Assembly: GCF_009914755.1 (NCBI RefSeq)
Contig: NC_060947.1
Strand: one strand, 5' to 3'
From: the human T2T-CHM13v2.0 reference genome, Homo sapiens
Length of the DNA: 64,000 nucleotides
Shown: one piece after another, positions 1 through 13,192 of the stretch
Position numbering within the stretch: the stretch's first letter is position 1
Layout: each line of letters begins with the position of its first letter
Program-made: the position numbers and the translations under genes
The notes under the pieces: model-generated
Seen by the model: the letters and a program-made list of their open reading frames with translations, nothing else
Told to the model about the DNA's origin: nothing
Databases searched by the model: none

Positions 1-560
1 TATAACTGTCATATCATATAACAGTTCCACTCTTGAGTACATACACAAAAGAATTGAAAGCAGGGACTTGAGATATCTGTACATGCATATTCATAGCACC
101 ATTACTCACAGTAGCCAAAAAGTGGAAGCAAACTCAATGTTCACTGACAGATGAATGGATAGGAAAAAAAAATGTTGTATATGCACACAATGGAAAAAAG
201 GAAGAAAATTGTGACACATGATATAACATGAACAACTTGAGAAAATTATTCTAAGTTAAATAAATCAGACACAAAAGTACAAATATTGTATGATTTAATT
301 TATATAAGGTACCTAGAGTAGCCAAATACATAAAGGCGGAAAATAGAGTGGTGATTTCCACAAACTGAGAAGGAGGAAAAGGATATCATAGGTTAATGGG
401 TACAGACCTTCAATTTTGCAAAATGCAAAGAGTACTGGAGATGGATGGTGGTGATGTTTGCACAACAAGTTAAATGTATTTAATGTCATTAAAGTGTACA
501 ATTTTAAAAAGTTAAATTTAGTTATGATTATCTTAGCTTAATTTTAAAAACGATAAATAA
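1..560 (+). mobile_element. Old LINE-1 3' end (ORF2 C-terminus plus L1MB-like 3' UTR)
   Basis: L1 ORF2 3' motifs (acagtagccaaaaagtggaagcaa, gatgaatggat) followed by L1MB-type UTR (gagatggatggtggtgatgtttgcacaac); runs off the left edge of the window. Confidence 0.8.
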
Positions 561-1989
561 ATGTTCAAAGATAAAAAACTTGACACAGTTAATGTTATTT
601 CCTAGTAACATTGAATGAAATAGATCGGGGTAGAATTAGTTAAATATATCTAGAGAACTCACATTACCAGATTGTTTTTACCCAAAGGAGCCATCTGTTC
701 TCAGACTCAAAAATTGTGTCATTGTTAGTTTCTAAGTAATTTTCATACATACATGAATTAAATGCAGAACTTACAAAGACAGGAGCTTATAGTGAACAAC
801 TAAATCAATTAAAATGACAGAAGGTACATATTAGGTAGTATTTTTACAACCCAGGGAAGCTATTGAAATAAGAAGATCCAGATGTTAGCAAAAATTGAAG
901 CTTATTTTCTTCAGAAATCCTCAAATTATATCTGATAAGTAATGCTTCACACAAATTATGACTTAATTTATAAATGGTTATTATTTATGGCTTCTGTATT
1001 CTAAAAGAAAGTACACAACTTTGAAGAAAACCTGCTTTCCAGTGGCATTAGAATGACAGCTGTGTATGGTAAAGTTGTGGGAAATGCATATATTTACTTT
1101 CAATTTCACACACCAGACTCATTCTGGACAACTTTATCTTAAAAAGCATAAAGGAAAACTCTAAAAGTTAGCTAATTTACTTTTATACTAACACTTTAGA
1201 TAGAGTGAGAAAATAATAAAAATCACGAAAGACACAAGCACAGCCCATAAATTATTAAATTTATTCAGATTATTTGCATCTCTTTTTAAGTCATAACTTG
1301 GCAATCATTAAATGATGCTAAGTAGATTTTCTAAGTGGAATTTCAGTTTAAATAGTTCTAGAATAAAATATGGAAGTTTCAGCATAAAACAATTAGTGTT
1401 CTGCACTAAAATATATAAGACTTACAATTACATGCTACTTAAGATCATGTCACATGAGAAGAAATTTGTTGCTGCAATAGTAGTAACTATGATTGGATCA
1501 GAACTATACAGAAGCAACAGATGTATTGTGGGGTGTGTAAGAAAATCAAAGGCTTTGTAGCCCGACAAATCTGTCAACAAACTCCATCTCCATAATTTGG
1601 GCTAATCTTTCTAAATACAAGTTTTTTCTTGGGTATAGTTTTATTTATATTGATTTAAGAATAAGATTATTATTATAAATTATCTAACACAGTGGCTGGA
1701 ATATAGGAAGTTCTTAATACATTTTAATGACCATTGTCATTTTTCGTTTAGTCACCGTCATTTTAATGAGGGTTTGGCAAAGCCCAAGAGGGCTGCAGAA
1801 AGGACATGTTGAAATCTGACTAATTCTAATTATTTCTTGTGCTTTCCTAGTTTCTACTTCCTGTCCATTTTTGTATTTTAGACTTAGAATTTGTTCTGAG
1901 TGGATTGTCATAGCACAATCTCTCTCCTTCACTGTTTAATTTTCAAAGTAGCTTTGTCAATTTCATTCATTCTATGATACTCATAGATT

Positions 1990-2960
1990 ATCAAATTTCT
2001 GCCTGGAACTGTACTAAATTTGGAAATATCGAGACATACAAGACAAGTATCCTGAGGCATTTCAATTTACTGAATAACATAGGCAAAACAATTAACTGTT
2101 TTAATACTATATCATAGTATACTCGATACTAGAGGGTCATAAAGAAAAAGCATAAATAAAATATATATTCCTCAATATTCTAGGGGAGGGTAAGTCAGAA
2201 AATGTTTCTGAGAGGAAATCTTGCTTGAGATGAGTTATGAAGGTTTAGTAACATTTAAGGAGCAGATAATGTTATTTGAAGCAGAAGACAGCAAACTTGG
2301 TTTAAAATAACAAGGCAAAGGAAAGCATGGCTCCTTAGAAAAAGTAAAATTATTACTACATCTGGAAAAAAAAGGATTGATAGGGATTAAGACCAGAAAG
2401 TTAGACAATGGTTAGAAGAGAAAGAGTCTTTCCTCACTAGTGTAGAGCTTAATCTTTTTTTCTGAAGTCAATGGGAAGCCACTGAAGCATTTTAAGTGGG
2501 CAAGTGGCATAATCAGATTTCTAATTCAGAAAAAATATCTGTTGTGGTAGTTTGGGAGGTGAGTTGAAAGGGTGAAAATAAAATCAGAAAGAACAGGAAA
2601 TCATTGCAGTAGCACAGCTGAGGCATCATGAAGGCCTTAACTAAGTGAGTGACAATGGAAGGAAAGACTAGAAGACATATTGAAAAGATATTTAGGAGTA
2701 TACTTGTTTGCATGTAATTGCTAATTTAATGTGGTAAGTGAGATAGCAAGTGAAATTCCAAGTGACTTAAATGGGTTTCTACTTAAGTGAATCAGATCAA
2801 AAATGTAATTATTGACTCATAGAAAGGATGTACTACAAAGAAGAAATACACTTGATTTATTAAGAGTTAATTTTGAAGTGATTTTTAGAAACATAGGTGA
2901 TACTTTCTCATAGATAGTTGAATGTACAGATAAGAACTTAATTGTCTGAACTGCAGATAC
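1990..2960 (-). mobile_element. LINE-2 fragment
   Basis: Antisense L2-like segments, e.g. gtcaatgggaagccactgaagcattttaag and cattgcagtagcacagctgagg; boundaries approximate. Confidence 0.6.
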
Positions 2961-3139
2961 AAGTTTAAAGTGATCAGAATATTATATTTTAAATAATAGG
3001 TACAAATGAGATTCCCATAAAAACATATAGAATAGTAAACATAGCATAATACTAATACGAAAATTGAATAAGAATAGCAAATAGACATACACATAAACCC
3101 ACATCAGAAAAAATGAAGAAAAATGATCAAGAGGCCAAC

Positions 3140-3420
3140 ATCTCTTAAGAATGAAGATGCAAAGTTCTCAATGTTAGTCAATGGAATCCAACAGCATATT
3201 AAAATAATACAATGTCATTACCAAACACGGATTATTCTAAGAGAGAAAGGGTGCGTCACCATTAGAAAAACATATCAATGTAGTTTACTATATTAAAATA
3301 ATAAACAAGAAAATAATATAGTACTTACAGAAATCACAAAGCATTGGATTGATATGAAAACCCATTTATGAGTTAAAATAATAAAAACTCCTAGAAAGCC
3401 AGGAGTGAAAGGAACTACAA
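3140..3420 (+). mobile_element. Old L1M ORF2 (RT region) fragment, first part
   Basis: gatgcaaagttctcaatg...gaatccaacagcatattaaaa...ctcctagaaagccaggagtgaaaggaac resembles L1 ORF2; appears to resume near 14260. Confidence 0.6.
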
Positions 3421-3429
3421 TGGAGTCCT

Positions 3430-3723
3430 ATTATCTATAAATGCATGGGTTACTTAGAACTTTCCAGAAAATGGGCAGTAACTTCCAGGTCATTGCCTTG
3501 GAAAGGAGTGGTGACTTCTCGGGCATTGCTATTGCATTTGTAAACTCTGATGGCACTGGTGGGAGTATCTTATGCTAATGAGCAATGAGGGCAACTAGGG
3601 ATCACTTTCATCACCATCCGCTTGTTCCTGCTGGTTTCTTCACCTCATCCTGTCTGGACTAGATCCTGTTCAACCCTAGCAGGGTTGTGACCAGGAAACA
3701 AGTCCTGCCTGTCTCCTACCTCA
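3430..3723 (-). mobile_element. 3' LTR (truncated) of the ERV1 provirus
   Basis: Minus strand begins TGAGGTAGGAG; shares gtaaactctgatggcactggtgggagtatcttatgctaatgagcaatg with 12207-12254; the R/U5 part is missing. Confidence 0.75.
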
Positions 3724-4189
3724 TTTCTCACTCAGAGATTAGATACTTCTCTTTAACCTTAAGGGGGCAGTAGAAGAGCAGGGGTCCATCTTCTGGAACT
3801 GCTTCTTGATGATTCTATAGGTATAGGCCCTGCCTAGCATTGGAGGAGTTAAAATCTCTGGCACCTAATCTGAGGGGCACGATGGGAGGATATTTTCATT
3901 TTCCAGGTCAGATGATTGGATGGGTTGGAAGCCTTGTGTCAGCATCACCTTTATGTGGAATGTAAACGATATAAACCTAGGAGGTTAAATAAGAAAACTA
4001 CGATTACAAGGAAGAGAAAAATTAATGTTCCTAGGCCCACCCACAGCATACGAGGAAGAGAAAAATTAATATTCCTAAGCCCACCCACAGCATCATGTTA
4101 TTTATGTGTTCATGAAATAATAACTTTAAGTCTTTTTGGAGTTTATAAGTGTAAGCCACGGTATCTTACTCTTATGCCTATGGGGACTT

Positions 4190-4350
4190 ATAAGAAACCA
4201 GTTTAATCTTGGACAGGTGTACCCAGCTAGTGATTCCATGAAATTTAATAGCAGAGAGGATACTTAACAATACCTGATAGTATGGCCCTCCCATTTTGCT
4301 TGTAATTGTTCCTCAGGGAATTCTTCTTTTTAAGTTTTTAGTAAGACTAA
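4190..4350 (-). pseudogene. pol: ERV pol integrase C-terminal remnant
   Basis: Minus-strand translation LVLLKT*KEEFPEEQLQAKWEG/(frameshift)QVLLSILSAIKFHGITSWVHLSKIK fits the gammaretroviral IN C-terminal W-x-GPY...SWxH motif. Confidence 0.7.
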
Positions 4351-6084
4351 ATTTTTGAGGAGGGGACAATACTGTATTTCTATATTCTTGAAGGTCTTTG
4401 TGAACCTAGCCTAAATTGTAAATGGGACATAGTGAGGCATGTCTGACCCCCTTTTTCCTGTTATGGCCCCGGGTAGTTTTCTTAAGTTTCTTTGGGATTC
4501 CCTTTGCCCAAGGGAATTAGAGTGAAAATATATATAGCCAATTTAACGTAACCTTCTAGGCCAGACAGGAATGGAAGTGGGCATGCACTCATTAGCCCAT
4601 AAAATCTTTCTAAGCGATATAAGAATCAAAAACTAAAAGCCAAAAATAAGGTTATATGGCAGGTAAAACTGAGAGCATAGAATCAAACTATACTGTGGGA
4701 AAACGCTGTTTCCACGGACATCTAAGACAAAACACTAGCATCAGGCCAGAGCAACAGAACTGGAGGGGAAAAAAGTTACAGGAGCTGATTTTGATGAAAA
4801 AGCTAAAGGATAGAGTCATCATGCTATGCCTTTGAAAAGGGAGAAAAAGCTAAAAAGAAGTGAGACACAATAACAGTTAAATTGCTGAGACACAAATCTA
4901 AGACATTTTTAAAGAAACCAGTTGTAGCATTAAAAACAAAATTTCCCACAATTTATCAAATCAATACCTTAAGAAAACCCAGTTCCCATAGGTAGATCAT
5001 TCTCTAGAAAGTCTACTGCAAACCATTTTTCTTCAATCATAGTTAGCTTAATCATGAACAAAATTCTTCCCACAAATTCCCCTTCATAAATCCCATATCA
5101 TGACCCACACAGACCATCTACAACATACTTGGGCTCCCTATGTGTCTTATTCTACCTTTTTCTTAAATAACCAGTCTTGTTACTTTAGGACAAGAATTTA
5201 CTGTACAAAATCCCTCTTTATTAAAAAGTCACTCTTTCTTTATATCATTCCTTTGAAAAAAAATACATCTATCCATAACTTACTTAACACCTCTGTTTTC
5301 TACTCACTGATTTCTTTATATTTTGAACCTCCCTTTTAATAACTTCTTAATTTGATGAAAATACTCTTTTTCCCAATGAAAAAACACATTGTTTTTGGCA
5401 CATATTATATAAAGCTAGGGAGCAAGAATCTGAACTGCGCATCAGGCATTGTTCCATAGATTAAAACTGTTTTACAATTATATGATTTAAACTGTAAAGA
5501 AGCTCACTATTTAAACCCATTTTAACAACTCTAAACCATACCAAAACATCAGTGGTTTACCTAGGTAAAAATCTTAGAGTTAAATTTTAGAAGACACAAT
5601 ATTCTTTTCAAACTAACAAGTTTAGACTTCTTATTTGTTTAATTGACCAGCACTCTTCTATTTCTAAGCCAATTTGATAGCATGCTAGATACAGCACACA
5701 TCACACAAAGTAACCTATACTAGACAATTGGATCCAAGTTATTTATAAATTTGGGACCCATCTACCTGGCCAAATTTTGTTTGCCCCAGTAGGTATGAAA
5801 GATAAGAAGAGGCAGGGAAGATGATTACATAATATCACATAAGGAAGGGAGAGGGTGAACTTCATTGCTTAAGGGGAGACCCTGGGTTTCCCAAGCAACC
5901 AAAGAGCTCACCCAGCAGTGAAGACACTAAAGAAAAATGTTAAAGCGGCCATTTGTATGCCACTTTGAGGAGCTGTTCATCAGGTCAAAGATCCAAGTCT
6001 CCTAGTAAACTTACTTGAGCAAGGCAGCTCGTTGGGGCTAGTGGAAGGAAGTTAGCTCTAGTATTGATGGGAAGCTTTTTGAGC

Positions 6085-6581
6085 TCACTGGGGTTGGTTA
6101 GGAAATTCTAATTTCCAGTGGCCCTTTTGCTTATAGTATGCACACTGATTTTGGCCCAGGGGCTGGGATGTTGGGGGCTCTTCTCTGGGCATCCTAGATG
6201 CTGATCTCATGACATTTTCTTTCTCAAGATGGGTAATTCTGTGGTGGAAAGGGGCTAAAGCAACTATCAACAAATGCGCTTCTTGGTTGTCTCTCTTTTT
6301 CCTGCCTCTATGGTTGTAACTTTAAAGGCTACGTTTAAGAGTTGTCTCACAAGGGGTTGAGGTCCAACTGCTGCTTTTTGTAGCTTTCTCCTAATGTCAG
6401 GGACAGATTGAGTAATAAAATGTATACATAGTAGAGCTTGCCATTCTTGAGAGTGTTGGTCTGAATTAGAATATTTTCTGAGTGCCTCAAAGAAATGACC
6501 CTGAAAAAGAGCAGGATTTTTGTCTTTTCCCCAAGTTATTTTTCTAACTTCATCATAATTGACTGGCTTAACCACACACAT
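6085..6581 (-). pseudogene. gag: ERV gag remnant (capsid MHR plus nucleocapsid zinc knuckle)
   Basis: ORFs 6267-6581 (ITWGKDKNPALF...FITQSVPDIRRKLQK) and 6085-6273 (QCAYYKQKGHWKLEFP, degenerate CX2CX4HX4C); frameshifted. Confidence 0.85.
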
Positions 6582-6583
6582 TT

Positions 6584-9500
6584 ATTTTTTCGTTGTTGTT
6601 TTTATTTGTTTACTTTTTAATTAATTTTAAGTTCTGGGATACACGTGCAGGATGTGCAAATTTGTTACATAGGTAAACATATGCCATGGTGGTTTGCTGC
6701 ACTTATCAACCCATCACCTAGGTATTAAGCCCAGCACACATTAGTTACTTTTTCTGAGGTTCTCCCTCCCCGTCCCTCCCAACAACAGGCCCCAGTGTGT
6801 GTTGTTCCCCTCCCTGTTTCCATATGTTCTCATTATACAGCTCCCACTTATAAGTGAGAATATTCAGTGTTTGGTTTTCTGTTCCTGCATTAGTTTGCTG
6901 AGGATAATGGCTTCCAGCTGCATCCATGTCTATGCAAAGGACATGATCTTGTTCCTTTTTGTGGCTACAGATTACTCCATGGTGTATATGTACCACATTT
7001 ACTTTATACAGTGTATAACTTTTGGGCATTTGGGTTGATTCCGTATCTTTGCTATTGTGATTAGTGCTGCAATGAACACATGTGTGCATGTATCTTTATA
7101 ATGAAAAGATTTTTATTCCTTTGGGTATATTCCCAGTAATGCAATTGCTAGTTCTAGGTCTTTGAGGAATCGCCATACTGTCTTCCACAATGGTTGAACT
7201 AATGTATATTGCCACTATCAGTGTAAAAGCATTCCCATTTCTCTACAGCCTCGCCAGCATCTGTTGTTTCTTGACTCTTAATAATTGCCATTCTGACTGG
7301 TGCGAGATGGTATCTCATTGTGATTTTGATGTGCATTTCTCTAATGATCAATGATGTTTAGCTTTTTATCATATGTTTGTTGGCTACATGAATGTCTTCT
7401 TTCGGGAATTGTCTGTTCATGTCCTTTGCCTACTTTTTAAGGAGGTTGTTTGATTTTTCTAAGTTTAAGTTCCTTGTAGAATCTGGATATTAGACTTTTG
7501 TCAGATAGATAGATTGTAAAAAATTTCTTCCGTTCTGTAGGTTATCTGTTCACTCTGATGATAGTTTCTTTTGCTGTGCAAAAGCTCTTTAGTTCAGTTA
7601 GGTTCCATTTGTCAATTTTTACTTTTGTTGCTGTTTTGACATTTTGGTCATGAAATCTTTGCCTGTGCCAATGTCCTGAATAGTGTTGCCTGGATTTTCT
7701 TCCAGGGTTTTTATAGCTTTGGATTTTACACTTAAGTCTTTAATCCATCATGATTTATTTTTTGCATGAGGTGTAAGGAAGGGACCCAGTTTCCATTTTC
7801 TGTATATGGCTAGCCAGTTCTCCCAGCACATTTATTGAATAGGGAGTCCTTTCCCCATTGCTTGCTTTTGTCAGGTTTGTGGGAGATCAGGTGGTTGTAG
7901 ATGTGTGGTCTTATTTCTGAGTTCCCTATTCTTTTCCATTGGTCTTTGTTTCCATTTTTGTACCAGTGCCATGCTGTTTGGGTTACTGTAGCCTTGTAGT
8001 ATAGTTTGAAGTCAGGTAGCATGATGCTTCTAGTTTTGTTCTTTTTGCTTAGTATTGTCTTGGCTATAAGGGCTCTTTTTTGTCTCCATATGAATTTTAA
8101 AGTAGTTTTTTTCTGATTCTGTGAAGAATGCCAATGGTAGTTTTTTGAGAATAGCATTGAATCTATAAATTACCTTGGGCAGTATGGCCATATTCATGAT
8201 ATTAATTTTTCCTATACATAAGCATGGAATGTTTTTCCATTTGTTTGTGTCCTCTCTGATTTCCTTGAGCAGCGGTTTGTAGTTCTCCTTGAAGAGATCC
8301 TTCACTTCCCTTATTAGCTGTATTCTAGGGTATTTTATTCTCTTTTTAGCAATTGCGAACTTTTTAGCAAGAGTTCATTCATGATTTGGCTCTCTGCTTG
8401 TCTGTTGTTGATGTAAAGGAATGGTTGTGATTTTTGCACATTCCTTTTGTATCCTGAGACTTTGCTGAAGTTGTTTATCAGCTTAAGAAGTTTTTGGGTT
8501 GAGAGGATGGGGTTTTTTAGATATATGATCATGTCATCTCCAAATAGAGACAGTTTGACTTCCTCTCTATTTGAATACCCTTTTTTTCTTTCTGTTGCCT
8601 GACCGCCCTGTCCAGAACTTCCAGTATTATGTTGAATAGGAGTGGTGAGAGAGGGCATGCTTGTCTTTTGCTGGTTTTCAGCTTTTGCCCATTCAGTATG
8701 ATATTGCCTGTGGGTTTGTCATAAATGGCTCTTATTATTTTGAGGTATGTTTTATCCATACCTTGTTTATTGAGAGTTTTTAACATGAAAGGATGTTGAA
8801 TTTTATCAAAGACTTTTTCTGCATCTATTGAGATAATCATGTGGTTTTTGTCTTTAGTTCTGTTTGTGTGATGGATTACATTTATTGATTTGCGTATATT
8901 CAACAACCTTTACATCCCAGGGATGAAGCTGACTTGATCGTGGTGAATAAGCTTTTTGATACACTGCTGTATTTGGTTTGCCAGTATTTTATTGAAGATT
9001 TTTGCATTGATGTCCATCAGGGATATTGACCTGAAGTTTTCTTTTTTTGGTTGTATCTCTGCCAGGTTTTGGTATCAGGATAATTCTGACTTCATAGACT
9101 TCATAGAATGAGTTGGGGAGAAGTTCCTCCTTTTCAATTTTTTGTAATCATTTTGAAATAAATGGCACCAGCTCCTCTTTGTACCTCTGGTATAATTCAG
9201 CTGTAAATCCATCTGGTCCTGGACTTTTTTGTTTGTTTGTTTGTTTGGTAGACTATTTATTACTGCCCCAATTTCAGAACTTGTTATTAGTCTATTCAGG
9301 GATTCAACTTCTTCCTGGTTCAGTTTTGGGAAGGAGTGTGTGTCCAGGAATTTACCAATTTCTTCTAGATTTTCTAGTTTATTTGCATAAAGTTGTTTAT
9401 AGTATTCTCTCATGTTTATTTGTATTTCTTTGGTGTCAGTTGTGATATCCCCTTTATCATTCTTTATTGTGTCTGTTTGATTCTTCCCTCTTTTCTCCTT

Positions 9501-9707
9501 GTTTGTCTAGCTAGTGGTTTATCTATTTTGTTAATTTTTTCAAAAAAATAGCTTCTGAATTTGTTGATTTTTTGAAGGGTTTTTGTGTCTCTATCTTTCT
9601 CAATTCACTCTGATCTTGGTTATTTCTTGTCTTCTGCTAACTTGGGGATTTGTTTGCTCTTGGTTCTCTAGTTATTTTAGTTGTGTTGTTAAGATGTCAA
9701 TTTGAGG
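6584..9707 (-). mobile_element. 5'-truncated L1PA (about L1PA8-11), ~3.1 kb
   Basis: T-rich tail and L1PA 3' UTR at left; ORF2 RT pieces in the ORF track ([29 protein letters not shown]); TSD ccacacacattt at 6572-6583 and 9708-9719. Confidence 0.95.
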
Positions 9708-9719
9708 CCACACACATTT

Positions 9720-10340
9720 TTGTCTGCATTTTCTTTATGGCACAGCAAGGAGAGGACAATACTTGCAAATCACGACCATTAAATTAAAGAAATCAGGCAA
9801 TGTATTTAACTCCTGCATACACTTTTCTGGATCCTCTGAAACCTGGCCAAATTTTTTACTGTATAAAGCTAAATCACACATAGAAAATGACATATGTACT
9901 ATAAATATTTCCCAATTTCTATCAGCTACCTCCCAGAGTGGACTCAGGTTTGATTTTAAAGGCTGATTAGGTGCCCCACTCCCAGTGGTACTGGTTGGGT
10001 TTACTTCCTTGGACAGAGGCTGGTATAGGCTGAGGTGAATTAGATAAGGAGGAGGGGTGCCTGATAACCTTGGGATGGAATCCTTTATTTACATACTGGA
10101 TATACCTCTCTCAGAATTGGTGAAATAAGTAGGCTACAGAGGGTGTAGGTCTTCTAGGGGGAGCCACTAGGAGGGAATCCCTTGGGCATGACTTTCTGGT
10201 GCCTAAAATTAACAGGAGCCAGTATAAGGCCATAAAAGCCTGTACACAAGGGACCTCCTTCCATTTTCCTTTAAAAAAAAAAAAACAGAATAAGTCCAGT
10301 TGTAAAATAGCAATATAATGTATAGAACCATGTTTAGGCC
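9720..10340 (-). pseudogene. gag: ERV gag remnant, N-terminal part
   Basis: Continues across the L1 TSD; minus-strand reading such as PLWEVADRNW and QVSEDPEKCMQEL resembles ERV1 gag. Confidence 0.55.
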
Positions 10341-11830
10341 AAATCTCTTGGTTTTCTCATTTTTATTGGACCCAAGAGGTGTTGCAATAGAAAAGGAGTT
10401 TCTGTTTTCTAAGCTGAATTTCAAATGCTCTAATAACCTAAAATACATGCTAGTGGTGAGTCCTCTGAAATACCTATCATTATTTACATGTCTAACAAGG
10501 ATTTCTACTTATCACAGAAGTTTTTCTAAGTCAAATGAGAGGAAAATCAACTTGGCTTTAATTATTTTTTTTTCTTTTAGATTGTCACTTCCTGCAGAGA
10601 AGGTATAAATAATGTATTATGAAAGGGGTTACAAGCATTTGTCAGTGAATAAAATATGACAAAATAAGTATTTTTATTAAGCAAAATGTAGAAAGAAAAG
10701 TGTAAATCAAGTATAGGAAAATAAGTTGCTCTTATAAAAAATAATACCTTTAGGGCAGAATACAAGAAAAGGCAAACCCCTAGACTGGTTTTCTACCCTA
10801 CAGTCTTAAAAGGAATGCCAATACTGAAAACACTGGAGCATCCAGGGGGCGGCTAATAATACCAAATGCTCAAAACTCAGAGTACCCAACTATTAGCCAG
10901 TAAGGGTTCCCAAACTAAATGCCAGAAACCCCACAGTATCCAGGGGTTGAAAAATGCCAAAAACCCTGTAGCATCTGGGGGGTGGCCAACAGTGAACCCC
11001 AAAGGCCTAGCTGGGGACACAGAACAACGTGACCCTGGAATTCTATAGTCAACACAACAGGGGATCTCTTAAAATAAATGGTCCTGCCTTAAACATTGCC
11101 CAGGGAGTCAAAGCAAAATAATAATAATAATTTTTAAAAGGACTGCATACAAAACATACATTTTAGGACTGAAAATAAAATGGCTGGTAGAGCAATAAGA
11201 TGCTGTCAGAGGAAAAAGGACCAGGGGAAGGGGTGATAAAGACATGGTTCCGGGCACCCAAAAAGGGACTTTTCGACTCGCCACCTAGCCAGAAGCTTTT
11301 ATTGTGTAGCTTAACCAATATCGTGGTGGAAGAGCAGAGGGGAGATGCACCCATCTGCAGGAGCCAAAATGGTGCTGACCAGTCTTCCACGTGTGACCTG
11401 GGTGAAGGTCTCTACAGGTTCCCTCAACTTGAGTGGGCTCAGGTGCCACATGGGGACAGACATGATGACTAGTGGCCCATTGGCCTGACGGCCAGAATAG
11501 CAGGTCCCACATGAGGTGACAGTGTTATGGTTGCCTGTCCATTCACTCAGGTCTGCTGCCCACCAGGAAAGATGATGGCTCTTCAAAGAGACTTTGGCTA
11601 GTGTTACAGCTCTGGCACTGATTACCATCTCACCATCTCTTGTAAATCACTTCCTCTTGCTGTCTTGCTGTCCTACTGACCACCATCTCTCCATCTATCT
11701 CCAATTGCCACCTCTCTGCTATCTTTTTGCCTCTTTTCTGATCACTACTGGCTCACTGTCTCTCCACTGATCGCTGCTCTGTCTGTTGTCTCACTGCCAT
11801 ATTGGTCACTGCCTCTTTCTTGTCATCTTC

Positions 11831-11848
11831 ATCACTTCATGGTAGCCA
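11831..11848 (-). promoter_or_regulatory. Primer binding site, tRNA-Arg-like
   Basis: Minus strand TGGCTACCATGAAGTGAT starts 2 nt after the LTR end; 14/18 match to the Arg-type PBS TGGCGACCACGAAGGGAC as recalled. Confidence 0.6.
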
Positions 11849-11850
11849 GA

Positions 11851-12380
11851 TGATGCAGGACAGGCAAGCAGCAAACCTGGGGCTTAGCTTGAGAGGGTTC
11901 TTGGCTTTGCCCAGGAAATAATTCAAGGTGAGGCAGTGGTATTAGATAGCAATCTTTCTTGAACAGTACTGCTCATTATGGAGCAGGGCTAACTCACAGG
12001 CAGTGTGCCCAGAGTCAGCAATATATGGGCTCTTGACAACTGTAATTGTGTTCATGGAAACCCACTTACGATTACATGCAAATTAAGGGGTGGTCAATGC
12101 AAATTGAGGACCGGGTCATTTAGAATTTTCCAGGAAAGGTTTGGAACCTTCTAGGTAATTGCTATGGAAAGTGGTGGTAAGTTCTGAATTGTTGCCATGG
12201 CACTTGCAAACTGTGATGGCACTGGTGGGAGTGTCTTATGCTAATGAGCAATGTGGACAGCTGGGGATTGCTTTCATCATCATCGTCTGTCAGTTTCTTC
12301 ATTCTGGCTGGACCAGATTCCATTTTCATCAGGAGGGTTATGATCAGAAAACAACTCTTTCTGGTAAATTACCTGACATC
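11851..12380 (-). mobile_element. 5' LTR of the ERV1 provirus (MER66-like)
   Basis: Plus strand starts tgatgcaggacaggcaag...ggggcttagc...gggttcttggcttt; homologous to 3430-3723. Confidence 0.75.
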
Positions 12381-12405
12381 TAGAAAAATTGGAGGTAACA
12401 AAAAT

Positions 12406-12475
<70 letters not shown>
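12406..12475. repeat. Compound (TG)n(TA)n microsatellite
   Basis: Directly visible, uninterrupted. Confidence 0.98.
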
Positions 12476-12476
<1 letters not shown>

Positions 12477-12490
12477 TGTTTAGCCATATA

Positions 12491-12830
12491 CAGCCATGTG
12501 CCATATGACAACATTTTCATCAAGGTCAGACTGATGTGGTAGCTTTCATAACATTGTAGCCCAACACAATGGGCTTATTCTGTTTAGATTTATTCTGTTT
12601 AGATATCTTGCATACACAAATACCATTACATTACAATTGCCTACAGCATTCAATGCAGTAACCTGCTTACCAAGTTTGTAGACTAAGAGCTATACTAGAT
12701 AGTCTAGATTTGTAGTAGACTGTATCATCTAGATTTATTTAAGTACACTCTATGATTTTTGCACAATGACAAAATCTCCTAATAACACATTTCTGAGAAT
12801 GTATCCACATCATTAAGTGATGTACGACTA
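12491..12830 (+). mobile_element. TcMar-Tigger non-autonomous element (Tigger3a/MER7-like)
   Basis: Degenerate TIRs cagccatgtgccatatgac ... cattaagtgatgtacgacta, TA flanks, ~340 bp, internal gtacactctatgat...cacaatgacaaaatc. Confidence 0.8.
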
Positions 12831-12862
12831 TATATGTGTGTGTGTGTATGTGAGTGTACATA

Positions 12863-13192
12863 CAGACAATCCCAATTTAGAATCTTTTACCTTACAATTT
12901 CTCAACTTTAAGATGTTGTGAAATCATCATAATTTCTACATGATGTACAATACTCTATAAATTAGATGAGATATTCAGCAGTTTATGATAAAACAGGCCT
13001 TATGTTAGATGATTATGCCCTACTGTGCACTACTGTAAATCTTCTGAACACATGTAAGGCAGCCTAGGCTAAGCTATGATGTTTAGTAGGTTTTGTGTAT
13101 TAAAGAAATTTTTGACTGATATGACTTATAATGTTTTAAATTTATAATGGGTTTATTGGGACATAACCCCATAATAACTATAAGACCATCTC
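12863..13192 (-). mobile_element. TcMar-Tigger element (MER47A-like)
   Basis: taggctaagctatgatgtttagtagg and atgggtttattgggacataaccccat match the MER47 reverse strand. Confidence 0.75.

Larger units (their letters stand above)
3430..12380 (-). mobile_element. Degraded ERV1-class provirus (MER41/MER66-like LTRs) with gag and integrase remnants, interrupted by an L1PA
   Basis: Two related LTR copies (~3430-3723 and 11851-~12380), a PBS-like sequence beside the right LTR, a purine-rich tract beside the left LTR, and gag and IN motifs between them on the minus strand. Confidence 0.8.

Noticed and set aside
7810-9445. Cluster of RT-like ORFs
   Set aside because: Frameshifted pieces of a 5'-truncated L1PA ORF2; not an intact or novel reverse transcriptase.
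12238-12504. ORFs with CVCV/YIYI runs
   Set aside because: Translation of the (TG)n(TA)n microsatellite.
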